Made by a program: the position numbers and the translations under genes. Positions 22,501-33,609 of a DNA stretch of 37,195 nucleotides are shown here, piece by piece; the first letter of the stretch is position 1; the number at the start of each line of letters is the position of its first letter. Origin of the DNA: Octopus bimaculoides (taxonomy: Eukaryota). The stretch is from contig NC_068992.1 in assembly GCF_001194135.2 (NCBI RefSeq), positions 14,833,680 through 14,870,874 of the forward strand, given 5' to 3'. Below the pieces are notes generated by a model. The model did no database searches and was not told where the DNA came from. It worked only from the letters and a program-made list of their open reading frames with translations.

Positions 22501-23478
22501 NNNNNNNNNNNNNNNNNNNNNNNNNNNNNNNNNNNNNNNNNNNNNNNNNNNNNNNNNNNNNNNNNNNNNNNNNNNNNNNNNNNNNNNNNNNNNNNNNNNN
22601 NNNNNNNNNNNNNNNNNNNNNNNNNNNNNNNNNNNNNNNNNNNNNNNNNNNNNNNNNNNNNNNNNNNNNNNNNNNNNNNNNNNNNNNNNNNNNNNNNNNN
22701 NNNNNNNNNNNNNNNNNNNNNNNNNNNNNNNNNNNNNNNNNNNNNNNNNNNNNNNNNNNNNNNNNNNNNNNNNNNNNNNNNNNNNNNNNNNNNNNNNNNN
22801 NNNNNNNNNNNNNNNNNNNNNNNNNNNNNNNNNNNNNNNNNNNNNNNNNNNNNNNNNNNNNNNNNNNNNNNNNNNNNNNNNNNNNNNNNNNNNNNNNNNN
22901 NNNNNNNNNNNNNNNNNNNNNNNNNNNNNNNNNNNNNNNNNNNNNNNNNNNNNNNNNNNNNNNNNNNNNNNNNNNNNNNNNNNNNNNNNNNNNNNNNNNN
23001 NNNNNNNNNNNNNNNNNNNNNNNNNNNNNNNNNNNNNNNNNNNNNNNNNNNNNNNNNNNNNNNNNNNNNNNNNNNNNNNNNNNNNNNNNNNNNNNNNNNN
23101 NNNNNNNNNNNNNNNNNNNNNNNNNNNNNNNNNCACACATACAGACACACACACACACACAGAGGAACACACACACACATACAGACACACACACACACAC
23201 GCACACAAGAACACATGCACAGACACACACACAGACACACACACACAGACACACACTCACATAAACACACACAGACACAGAGAGACATATACACAGACAC
23301 ACACACAGCCAAGCAAACACACACACAAGTGTTGAAGCTGTGAACATTAAAGATGGAGGAATTGCATTCTCAAAATTTTTGGAGCTCTTCAGATTCTTGC
23401 AGAGGCACTCCTAACCGTTCTCTCATCAATTTAGTCATGTGTGACATTGTTTTCAGCACAAATGATGGCTTCAGATGC

Positions 23479-24045
23479 AGTCATGGCTGTGTGGTTAAGA
23501 ACTTAAATTTGCAACCAAGTGGTTTTGGGTTCAGTCTCACTGCATGACACCTCGGGGGCAAGGATCTTCTAATATAACCCCAAGTTGACCAATGCCTTGT
23601 AAGTGAATTTGATCAAGGGAGACTGGTAATGTGTATACATATATACACGTGTGCACATGCATACACACACTCACACACGCGCATACACATGCTCAAACAC
23701 ATGCACACACACACAGACACACACTCACATAAATACACACATGTACACACACACACACACACATGCTCACACCCACACGTGCACACACAAGTGCACACAT
23801 GTATTTGTATATATCTATGTAGATGTGTGTCTTTGTGCTTGCATTGCTTGTCCCCCGACCCCACTGATAATCAGTGTCGGTTTGTTTACATCCCCATAAC
23901 ATAACAATTCTAAAGAGAGTGATAGAGGAAGTATTAGTCTTGAAAAAAAAAAACTAAGTACTCAGTTGATTTGTTTGACAAAGCAATTCAAGGCAATACT
24001 CCAGCATGGCCAAAGTCCAGAGACTGAAACAAGTAAATCATAAGA
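23479..24045 (+). mobile_element. SINE family 1, old copy with ~200-bp internal (CA)-rich expansion
   Basis: Head, body and tail motifs flank the tract at 23630-23820. Confidence 0.75.
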
Positions 24046-24072
24046 GACAGAGATACAGAGCAAAAACAAACA

Positions 24073-24238
24073 GGAGCAGGCATGGCTGTGTGGTAAGAAG
24101 CTAGCTTCCCAACCAGGTGGTTCTGGGTTCAGTCCCACTGCATGGCACCTTGGGAAAGTATCTTCTACTATAGCCTTAGGCCAGCCAAAGCCTTGTGAGT
24201 CGATTTAGTAAATGGAAACTGAAAGAAGTCCATCGCAT

Positions 24239-24276
<38 letters not shown>

Positions 24277-24290
24277 GTATGTATGTATAG
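24073..24290 (+). mobile_element. SINE family 1, 5' half
   Basis: ggctgtgtggtaagaagc...gggttcagtcccactg. Confidence 0.9.
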
Positions 24291-24585
24291 GTGGTCTGAT
24301 CAATAAGTATCTGGGCTGTTGCCATAGTAACAAAACTAAAGCACACAGAGTAAAGCTGCTTGGCAGAGATTGACCTTGAACTCAAGTGTGCTTGCACATT
24401 AAGTTTGAACATTCTAGTTCACTTTCACAATTTACGGCAGTGCTTGGAAGGAAGGTGTGTAGCGTGTGATCACTGCATTGACCATGACCGAGAAAGTGGA
24501 GCAGAAAATCTGCATCAAACTTTGCCAAATGCTTGGCGATACTTGTTCAGAGGCCTACGCAAAGTTTTCAAAACGTTTTCATTGC
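24291..24585 (+). mobile_element. Mariner 5' end with transposase start
   Basis: Follows TA-rich junction; MTEKVEQKICIKLCQMLGDTCSEAYAKF matches the mariner EQR.CIKFC start motif. Confidence 0.8.
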
Positions 24586-24689
24586 TCTTGACACAATCAA
24601 AGTGATTGGTCATCAGAAATATTGACCAACAAATACTGTTGAAGCAGGAGAGGATTTGTGAGTGGCTTTTATCCTACTTAGTACTCATC

Positions 24690-25092
24690 ACAGCCATTGC
24701 TGTCATCATCTTCATCATCATCATCATCATCATTGTCGTCGTCGTCATCATTGTCATTGTTGTTGTTGTAATCTTTCTCCTTCTTCACCTCAACCTCATC
24801 ATCATGGTTGTCAACGTCATCATCATTACCGCACCCCTCCTTGTCATCACCATTCACACTGCAATTGGTGTCATCATTAACACCTCCACCACCAGCACCA
24901 CCTCCACCACCACCACCACCACCACCACCGCCATCATCATTACTATCCGCACCAGTACCTCCACCACCGCCATCACAACCCACATCACCAAAACTCCTCG
25001 CCAGCACCACCACCTCCATCACCACCACCTCCATCACCACCACCTCCATCACCACCACCTTCATCACCACAGCCACCATCTCCATTACCAAC
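24690..25092. repeat. (CAT)n/(CAC)n degenerate tract
   Basis: Direct reading; source of the His/Thr/Val-rich ORFs. Confidence 0.92.
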
Positions 25093-25311
25093 ATTTAGAC
25101 TAAGTCTCCAGATTGAAGATAACTGCCTCCTTTCCTCCCACCAATCTAGTCAGCGGGCCCCCTAGGAAACAAAAAAGGGGATTCATGAGTACTGTCTTTT
25201 CTTCTTTGACTAATTGGTACAAAATCTAAAAAAAGGGCCAAAATACCTTCAGTAGAATTGGTCATTAAGATTATGCTTCTCTCTCTCTCTCTCTCACTCT
25301 TGTCACCACAG

Positions 25312-25344
25312 ATGTAATCTTGGTTCCCTGTGTTAGGAATAAGG
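25312..25344 (+). CDS. Isolated candidate micro-exon (D)VILVPCVRNK(G)
   Basis: Strong pyrimidine tract with cacag, donor AGG|gtatga, 33 nt, open in one phase only; no partners identified. Confidence 0.2.
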
Positions 25345-25620
25345 GTATGAGCTTTGCTATTTAGTTTCCTTGCAGAGCAGCTCCCTGGATTGTATTTCAA
25401 TCCCTTTGCTCCTTATTTCAAGATAACACATCACTCAGTGTTTCATCATCATCACTGGCTTCAGTCAGGCACTGTGGTCATGCTGGGGCACCACCATTAA
25501 ATATCATAATTGCATTGACTAGAAATCAAACGCAGGTTGTCCACGTGGCAAGAAAGCATTTATTTACTGATCCAAACTCTCTGAAGCCAAGTCATGCCTG
25601 GCAGTACTGATAAAGATTAT

Positions 25621-25663
25621 ATTTAGCTGAAGAGGTCTAACAAGACTGAAACATGTACGAAGT
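25621..25663 (+). ncRNA. Minimal type I hammerhead ribozyme (Penelope-type)
   Basis: AUUUAG CUGAAGA GGUC-UAACAA-GACU GAAA CAUGU A CGAAGU: intact CUGANGA/GAAA core, 4-bp stem II, palindromic ACAUGU helix III, GUA cleavage triplet, stem I with 5 of 6 pairs. Confidence 0.7.
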
Positions 25664-26281
25664 TGTCCCCTGCATCACTGTACTACTGAGATCAAATTTT
25701 AACTCTCTTCTCATTACATTATCCACATTTTATTTTTAATTGGTTTTAATTGATTTTAATTAATTAGAGTTTCGGGACTATATCTTTCTGCCTTGTTTTA
25801 CCAAAACTGCTCATTAAGCTAATAATTCTTTCTTCTCACTACTTGTGCATCTTTAATTAATTAAAATTTATTGGCCTTTTTTTTAAGTGTCTAGCTAAGA
25901 TTCCATTTCAGAAAAAAACAAAAAAAGCACTCAACACTCAGAGTTAATTACTTCATTGAATTGTAATTTAATCAACTTTGCCTCTTCTCCTTCTGAAGGT
26001 TAACGAAGAATGTACCAGTTTAGGGAGAGTGGATGGAAGGAAATGGTATTTGTTCTGGCTTTTTGTATTCTGAGTTCAAATCTAACAGCAGCCAAATTGT
26101 ATTTACTTGTGGTGGCATTCAGCTGGAATGGGTTGAGCCAGCTCTGACCAATGGGATCCATAAAAACACCACAAGGCACTCTGTCCAACTCATTCTTGAC
26201 TGTGCCAATGCGACACTATCAAATTCAAAGGGAAGAATTCTCAGAAGAAATTTATATAAAAATTCTTCCTGGTATTTTTAC

Positions 26282-26600
26282 CATTTTTCATTTTATCTTC
26301 TTTTACATGTTTCAGTCATTGGACTATGGCCATGCTGGGGCACCACCTTGAAGGGTTTAGTCACACAAATCCCCCACAGAACTTCCAGTACTTAGTGTCC
26401 CTTACAGTCTGGTGGTACTTATTCTAATCAGTCTCTTTGAATCACCAAGTTACAAGGACGTAACCAAACCAACACTGGCTGTCAGGCAGGAGCGGTGAAG
26501 ACAAACACAAAGATACACATACACACACACACACATGTATATGCCAGGCTTTCACACAATTTCTGTGTGCTAAATCCACTTTCAAGGCATTGTTTTGCCC
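26282..26600 (-). mobile_element. SINE family 1, 3' two-thirds
   Basis: tttcagtcattggactatggccatgctggggcaccacc...cacaatttctgtgtgctaaatccact. Confidence 0.85.
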
Positions 26601-26631
26601 AGGGCAGAATGTAATGGCAGACGAAATACCT

Positions 26632-26863
26632 ATTTCTTTATTGCCCACAAGGGGCTAAACATAGAGGGAACAAACAAGAACAGACGAACGGATTAAGTCG
26701 ATTACATCGACCCCAGTGCGTAACTGGTACTTAATTTATCGACCCCGAAAGGATGAAAGGCAAAGTCGACCTCGGTGGAATTTGAACTCAGAATGTAACG
26801 GCAGACGAAATACCGCTAAGCATTTTGCCTGGCGTGCTAATGTTTCTGCCAGCTCACTGCCTT
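26632..26863 (-). mobile_element. SINE family 2, young full-length copy (tail type ccccttgtggg...aaagaaatag)
   Basis: CpG-rich: gaccccgaaaggatgaaaggcaaagtcgacctcggtggaatttgaactcagaa. Confidence 0.92.
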
Positions 26864-27821
26864 AATTTGGTGGAATATTGCACTTTAAACGAGCATATAT
26901 CAAAAACGTATTTTAATAATATATCTCATAAATTATACATATGAAATTACAATTGTATTTAAAATAAACACATTTGAACCCACAACCACACTGTTGCAAA
27001 GAGAACTTCTTAACCACACAACCATACATGTTACAGAACCCAACAAAACTAGGCCCCAATATTTAAGCCTTGCCTAAGCCTAATTCGGTTGCCTGTGAAG
27101 AAATCCAAGCAATACCAAAGTAAGCAATGCCCACAGAATATGAATCCATAAAGATTTTCCACTTAACAAGAATGAAGGACAACCCAGAAAATATATTCTT
27201 TTGTTTTGTTTTTTCTTTTCGTTTGTTTTTGTTTGTTTTCTTTTGTTATGATGGAACAGAAGTGCCTTGTAACTTGGTGATTCAAAGAGACTGATTAGAA
27301 TAAGTACCACCAGACTGTAAGGGACACTAAGTACTGGAAGTTCTGTGGGGGATTTGTGTGACTAAACCCTTCAAGGTGGTGCCCCAGCATGGCCATAGTC
27401 CAATGATTGAAACATGTAAAAGAAGATAAAATGAAAAATGGTCAAAATACCTGGAAGAATTTTTATATAAATTTCTTCTGAGAATTCTTCCCTTTGAATT
27501 TGATAGTGTTACACTGGCACAGTCAAGAATGTGTTAGACAGAGTGCCTTGTGGTGTTTTTATGGATCCCTGCATTCTGAGTTCAAATCCCATCCAAGGTA
27601 AGTTTGTTGGGGTTTTTTTTTCAGGGTTGATAAGTAAAGTACCAATCTAGGACCCAGGTTGATTTTTCTGTCTTTGCTCCTTTCTTTCTCACTCTCTCTA
27701 AAAGAAATTGGCTACGGTTGGAGGTGAAGAAGGATTGGCTGAGACCAGGTCTAGAGAATGTCCATGATATGCTATAAGTAACTGATGGCACTCTCATGAC
27801 TCTAGCTGGTAAGGGAGGAAC

Positions 27822-28096
27822 AAGAAGGAGGTGGAGGACAAAAATGAGAAGGAGGAGGAGATGGAGGATAAGAAGCAGGAGGAGAAGAAGAAGGGAAAAT
27901 AGAAAAAGAGGAATACAAGGAAGAAGGAGTAGGAGAATAAGTAAAAGAGGAAGAGGAGAAGTATGAGAAGAAGGAGGAAGAAGTGAACAAGGAAGTGCAG
28001 GGGAGGAAAAGAGAAGGAGGAGGAGGAGGATGATAAGAAGAAGATGAATAAGGAGAGCAGCAGTAGGAAGAGGAGGATGACAAGAAGAAGAAAAAG
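27822..28096. repeat. GAA/GGA-rich homopurine tract
   Basis: Direct reading. Confidence 0.93.
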
Positions 28097-28226
28097 AAAT
28101 CCTAAATGTTGGTGTTATTTTTTCTAACAAATACCAGTTGTATAAACTGAATACCAGTTATATATTGGGTGATATTCATTTTATCAATATCACCAACAGA
28201 AGTTGATTTAAATTTGGTGGAATATT

Positions 28227-28821
28227 TCTTTCTTTATTGCCCACAAGGGGCTAAACATAGAGAGGAGAAACAAGGACAGACAAAGGGATTAAGTCGATTA
28301 CATCGATCCCAGTGCGTAACTGGTACCTATTTAATCAACCCCGAAAGGATGAAAGGCAAAGTCGACCTCGGTGGTGTGGGTAAGCCGAAATAGCTTGTGG
28401 TGTATGCGTGCGAGTAGAAGTAATCGGCCTNNNNNNNNNNNNNNNNNNNNNNNNCCTCGTTTTCCTTCCCTTGCACGAGTCTGTCCTGTGGTCGCACAAG
28501 TCTGTCCTGCAGTATCCGATCCTCGTGGCTGGCCCGACCCGAAGAACGCTAGAAATAGCAGCTGCTTCTCCCAACACCTAGACGATCACTTGGCATGTCC
28601 TCTCGTCACAACAACCCCGCTCGAAAAGGGCACGAAATCCCAATCGAGGCTCCCTCTACCCCTCTTCCTCTTCTGGTCAGTTCATGGTTCCGGTCAGCGG
28701 TCAGCTCCCCAGTTGCTGATGTCATACCAAAGGTGGAATTTGAACTCAGAACATAACAGCAGACAAAATACTGCTAAGCATTTCGCCCGGCGTACTAACG
28801 ATTCTGCCAGCTCGCTGCCTT
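28227..28821 (-). mobile_element. SINE family 2 with 16-bp TSD, interrupted by an LTR-like insertion
   Basis: aatttggtggaatatt at 28211-28226 and 28822-28837. Confidence 0.9.
28375..28731. mobile_element. Probable solo LTR, about 357 bp including a 24-N gap
   Basis: 5-bp TSD ggtgg (28370-28374, 28732-28736); ends tgtgggta...ataccaaa are an imperfect inverted pair; GC- and CpG-rich relative to flanks. Confidence 0.7.
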
Positions 28822-29174
28822 AATTTGGTGGAATATTGCACTTTAAACTATTATATATCAAAAATGCAGTTTAAGAATACATCTCTTTAATTATATATAC
28901 GAAACTGCAATTGTATTTAAAATAACACATTTGCATAAATCACAAATGTTCAGTTTAAATTAGATTGATTTCAGTAGATTTCATTTTGACTCATTTATTA
29001 TTATTTGTTTGCAGTTATTTTATTTTATTTCTTTTTATTTATTTATCTATTTATTTCATTTTACGTTTAGTATTTTCTTTTGAAAAATGAAAAAAAAAAA
29101 AAGAATACATTTCATAGTTCTCTTCCATAATAATTTACTTTCCGTTGATTTTTGCACCATAATTTAACAGATGT

Positions 29175-29177
29175 TAA

Positions 29178-29251
<74 letters not shown>

Positions 29252-29352
29252 GATATGGATGATGATGATGATGACGAAGATGTTCATGAAGATGATGACG
29301 ATTACGACGACGACGATGATGATGATGACTATGATGATGATGATGATGATGA
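29175..29352. repeat. (GAT/GAC)n tract
   Basis: Direct reading. Confidence 0.95.
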
Positions 29353-29380
29353 ATGTCTGCCTCTACAGACACATTACATG

Positions 29381-29797
29381 TCTCTTTTACCATTTGTCTT
29401 TCACTTGTGTCAGTCATTAGACTCTGGCCATGCTGGAGCACCACTCTGAAGAATTTTAGTCAAATGAACCAACCGCAGGAATTATTATATATATTTTTTT
29501 TAAAGCCTGGCACTTATTCTGTCAGACTCTTTTACTGAACTGCTAGATTATGGGGCCACAAACAAACCAACACCAGTTGTCAAGTGGTGGCAGGGCTCAA
29601 ACACAGACACAAAGACATGCACACATACACACATTGATATACACACACATATATGGAGGGATTCTTTGCAGTTTCTGTCTACCAAATCCACTCATAAGGC
29701 TTTAACCAGCCTGAGGCTATTTTAGAAGACACTTGGTGAAGGTGTCCTGCAGTGGGATTGAACCCAGAACCATGTGGTTGGCAAGCAAATTTCACTC
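29381..29797 (-). mobile_element. SINE family 1, near full length
   Basis: Tail, internal CA tract and head gggattgaacccagaaccatgtggttgg. Confidence 0.87.
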
Positions 29798-29949
29798 TCA
29801 AATCGCCTGATATTGCAACATAATATTGGGGTTGATAAAATAAGTACCAGTTGAACACTGGGGCTCATGTAGTTGACTCACTCCTCGCCTGAAATTGAAG
29901 GTTTTGTGCAAGAATTTGAAACCATTGTTATTATTATTATTATTATCAT

Positions 29950-30416
29950 TAAGATGGCTGGACAAAATGCTTAGCAGCATCATCATCATCATCATCATTA
30001 TTTTTGAAGGTGATGAACTGGACAAAATGCTTAGTGGTATTTCGCTCATCACAATGTTCTGATTTAAAATTCTGCTGAGGTCAACTTTGCCTTTCATCCT
30101 TTCGGGGTCAATAAATTGAGTACCAGTGAAACACTGGGGTTGATATGATTGACTCATCCCCTCCCCTCCTCCAAAATTGCTGTCCTTGTGGCAAAATTAG
30201 AAACCGTTATTATTATCATTACTATTATTATTATTATTATTATTATTATTCTTATTATTAAGGCGGCAGAATCATTCGCATGCCGGGCAAAATGCTTAGA
30301 GCCATTTCGTCTCTCTTTACATTCAGAGTTCAAATTCCACTGAGGCTGACTTTGCCTTTTTCTCCTTTCAGGGACAATAAATTAAGTACCAGTGAAACAC
30401 TGGGGTCAATTTAATT
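29950..30416 (+). mobile_element. Two head-to-tail SINE family 2 copies separated by (TTA)n
   Basis: Core aggtcaactttgcctttcatcctttcggggtcaataaatt at about 30078; second copy from 30259 into the gap. Confidence 0.85.
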
Positions 30417-31210
30417 NNNNNNNNNNNNNNNNNNNNNNNNNNNNNNNNNNNNNNNNNNNNNNNNNNNNNNNNNNNNNNNNNNNNNNNNNNNNNNNNNNNN
30501 NNNNNNNNNNNNNNNNNNNNNNNNNNNNNNNNNNNNNNNNNNNNNNNNNNNNNNNNNNNNNNNNNNNNNNNNNNNNNNNNNNNNNNNNNNNNNNNNNNNN
30601 NNNNNNNNNNNNNNNNNNNNNNNNNNNNNNNNNNNNNNNNNNNNNNNNNNNNNNNNNNNNNNNNNNNNNNNNNNNNNNNNNNNNNNNNNNNNNNNNNNNN
30701 NNNNNNNNNNNNNNNNNNNNNNNNNNNNNNNNNNNNNNNNNNNNNNNNNNNNNNNNNNNNNNNNNNNNNNNNNNNNNNNNNNNNNNNNNNNNNNNNNNNN
30801 NNNNNNNNNNNNNNNNNNNNNNNNNNNNNNNNNNNNNNNNNNNNNNNNNNNNNNNNNNNNNNNNNNNNNNNNNNNNNNNNNNNNNNNNAAACGTTTATGA
30901 CAGAAATAATTTCTGGTTTGTTGGGCGGAAAGAAAAAAATTGTAAAAAAAATCACTGGTAAAGTTTTCGAAATGTTATACGAACGAGAATTGTACTTCCT
31001 GCAAAAGTTTTCCTTCATTTTGCTTTTTTTGTTTTCCTTTTTACCATTATTATTTATGACAGGAAGATTTGGAATATATTGTATGGTAATTACTTTGAAA
31101 TGAAAGAAAGCAATAAATAATGACTAAAGTGTCTATGATGATGACAGTGATGATAATGATGATGACAATGATGGGGATGAGGATGATAGTTGTTATTACT
31201 ATTATTATTA

Positions 31211-31259
<49 letters not shown>

Positions 31260-31292
31260 TATTATTATTATTATTATTATTATTCTTATTAT

Positions 31293-31502
31293 TAAGGCGG
31301 CAGAATCATTCGCATGCCGGGCAAAATGCTTAGAGCCATTTCGTCTCTCTTTACATTCAGAGTTCAAATTCCACTGAGGCTGACTTTGCCTTTTTCTCCT
31401 TTCAGGGACAATAAATTAAGTACCAGTGAAACACTGGGGTCAATTTAATTGACCAATCCCCTTCCACAAATTTTTGGCCTTGTGTCTTTAGTAAAAAGGA
31501 TT
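31293..31502 (+). mobile_element. SINE family 2, full length; identical to the copy at 30259-30416 over their overlap
   Basis: Direct comparison, offset 1034. Confidence 0.9.
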
Positions 31503-31803
31503 ATTATTATTATTATTATTAATAATAATAATAATAATAATAAGGTGGCCTGCTGGAATGAAGGGTGAGGTATGGGGAATTCCCTTGCAGCATTTCATCT
31601 GTCTTTATGTTCTGAGCTCAAATTCAGCCCCGAAATTGCTGGCCCTGTGCCAAAATTTGAAGCCATTATTGCCCAAAAAGGATGAAAGGTAAAGCCACCC
31701 TCAGCGGCATATGTACCCAGGATATGGGTGTATATCTGAGACCTCATGGTTAGAAAGCAAGCTTTTTTAACCACACAGCCACACCTGTGCCTCACAGCTG
31801 TAC

Positions 31804-31944
31804 CTGTGCTTAATGCAGTTCAAAATACTCCTCGTTCGTGTCAGTTGGAAGTTTCCCTCTGATATGGATTCACTGTCCGAGTCACTGAGTCTTCTAAATG
31901 ACGTGTTAGTCTTTGGACTCTTGAAATCTGATGTGTTGCAGTTC
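31804..31944 (-). CDS. Candidate internal exon (R)NCNTSDFKSPKTNTSFRRLSDSDSESISEGNFQLTRTRSILNCIKH(R)
   Basis: Acceptor tttacatatcactaag, donor CAG|gtacag, 141 nt phase 2 to 2, higher GC than flanks; the codon-aligned + frame is also open, so strand is uncertain. Confidence 0.35.
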
Positions 31945-32645
31945 CTTAGTGATATGTAAAGTGTGAACACAAATAATTGCATAAGCAACATTATAGCAAT
32001 TGAAACAAAGTTCCACAATCTATTTTTTTCAGCTTGGTTTCCTTTTTGTCATACAAAGCAAATACAGATCTTTATGTTTTTTGGGTTTTTTTTTTACAGA
32101 GTGCATTGAGGCTTATCTGAGCTTGTCTTCCTTTGATCTCCAATCTTTCATCATTTATTTTTTCTGTGTTACCAAATTTCTGTTCAGCTTTACAATTTGA
32201 GTTTTGTTTGGCATACTCAATTAATTTTCAGTTTGAATTTCTCTTCATAACAGTTTTGCTTTGCTTTCTCTTCTGTGACATGATGTTGGGAGAGATTAGC
32301 AGTTTATTAACTGATAAAGACAATAATTAAATTTTAATTGACTAATGATGAATGCAAGCTTAAAGTATAATGACTTATTGTGTTATCTTTTTATTGCATC
32401 TCAAATACTATACTTAAAATCCAAAACAAGCAAAAATTAATTCCTTTTATTTCATTTTTTCTTTACAAGGAAATATAAAAAACACTAACATAAATAAAAT
32501 ATGATTTTTCTGTATTAAAGTCATATGGTACCTATTGGTGATGCATGCAAAGTAAGCATTTATCATGAACAATGTTATTTCACCAGGGATCAGTGAATTT
32601 AAACCCCCAAACGACTGGGGCATTTGCCTTCTTAACCAAGAGAAC

Positions 32646-33201
32646 TCTTTACTTGTTTCAGTCATTTGACTGCAGCCATGCTGGAGCACCGCCTTTAATC
32701 GAGAAAATCGACCCTAGGACTTATTCTTTGTAGGCCTAGTACTTATTCTATTGGTCTCTTTTGCCGAACCGCTAAGTTACGGGGGACGTAAACACACCNN
32801 NNNNNNNNNNNNNNNNNNNNNNNNNNNNNNNNNNNNNNNNNNNNNNNNNNNNNNNNNNNNNNNNNNNNNNNNNNNNNNNNNNNNNNNNNNNNNNNNNNNN
32901 NNNNNNNNNNNNNNNNNNNNNNNNNNNNNNNNNNNNNNNNNNNNNNNNNNNNNNNNNNNNNNNNNNNNNNNNNNNNNNNNNNNNNNNNNNNNNNNNNNNN
33001 NNNNNNNNNNATATATATATATATATATACATATATAAGACAGGCTTCTTTCAGTTTCTGTCTACCAAATCCACTCACAAGGCTTTGGTCGGCTCGAGGC
33101 TATAGTAAAAGACACTTGCCCAAGGTGCCACACAGTGGGATTGAACCCAGAACCATGTGGTTGGTAAGCAAGCTACTTACTACACAGCCACTCCTGCGCC
33201 T
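32646..33201 (-). mobile_element. SINE family 1, young full-length copy with the gap in its internal microsatellite
   Basis: Both halves match the family on either side of N 32799-33010. Confidence 0.93.
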
Positions 33202-33254
33202 ATAAAACTGTTCATAAAATCTTTTGGAAAAGTTATACCTGGCCAGTAGACCTT

Positions 33255-33609
33255 AGGACTTGTTTTCGCTGGACATTGCCCCAGCACACAAGTCCTAGGT
33301 ATCAATGGCCGCTGTGTGTGACTGTGGCCTTGAACTGGTTGATAAACCTTCCTGTTCTCCTCATTTGGCTCCATCTGTTCCCCAGGAGCCAGTATCACAG
33401 TGATGATGACATCATATCTGCTGCTGATGACTTTTTTGACCAACAGAATGAAAGCTTTTACACCAATGGGATCCAAGTACTGCAACACTGATGGAGGAAG
33501 TGTGTGGACAGCAAGGGGGTCTATGTTGAAAAATAAGCTTCATTTGGTCATATTCCATGAGTAGAGTTTGAGTTTGATCAACCTATGAACTTTTCAGATG
33601 ACCCTCTTG
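33255..33609 (+). mobile_element. Mariner 3' remnant (DD34D C-terminus and right end)
   Basis: DIAPAHKS*VSMAAVCDCGLELVDKPSCSPHLAPS...QYHSDDDIISAADDFFDQQNESFYTNGIQVLQH*WRKCVDSKGVYVEK*, matching DNAPAH / PPYSPDLAPSD / W.KCV...GDYVEK. Confidence 0.9.

Larger units (their letters stand above)
26153..27569. repeat. 305-bp inverted duplication (26153-26457 and 27265-27569) with 807-bp spacer
   Basis: Manual alignment gives 8 mismatches and no indels; covers a SINE 3' end plus about 130 bp of non-SINE flank. Confidence 0.95.

Noticed and set aside
24606-25103. His-rich 165-aa ORF
   Set aside because: Degenerate CAT/CAC repeat open in several frames; no splice or start support.
25765-25792. Third hammerhead on the - strand (cagaaaga...cccgaaac)
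   Set aside because: No CUGA core and no convincing stems.
30218-31450. 199-bp exact direct repeat (30218-30416 and 31252-31450) as a biological duplication
   Set aside because: Identical even in (ATT)n length and one copy ends at a gap edge; most likely a redundant contig end or haplotype. Long reads would settle it.
24291-33609. One large mariner spanning the 5' piece at 24291 and the 3' piece at 33255
   Set aside because: The termini are not reverse complements and 8.7 kb of unrelated sequence lies between them.
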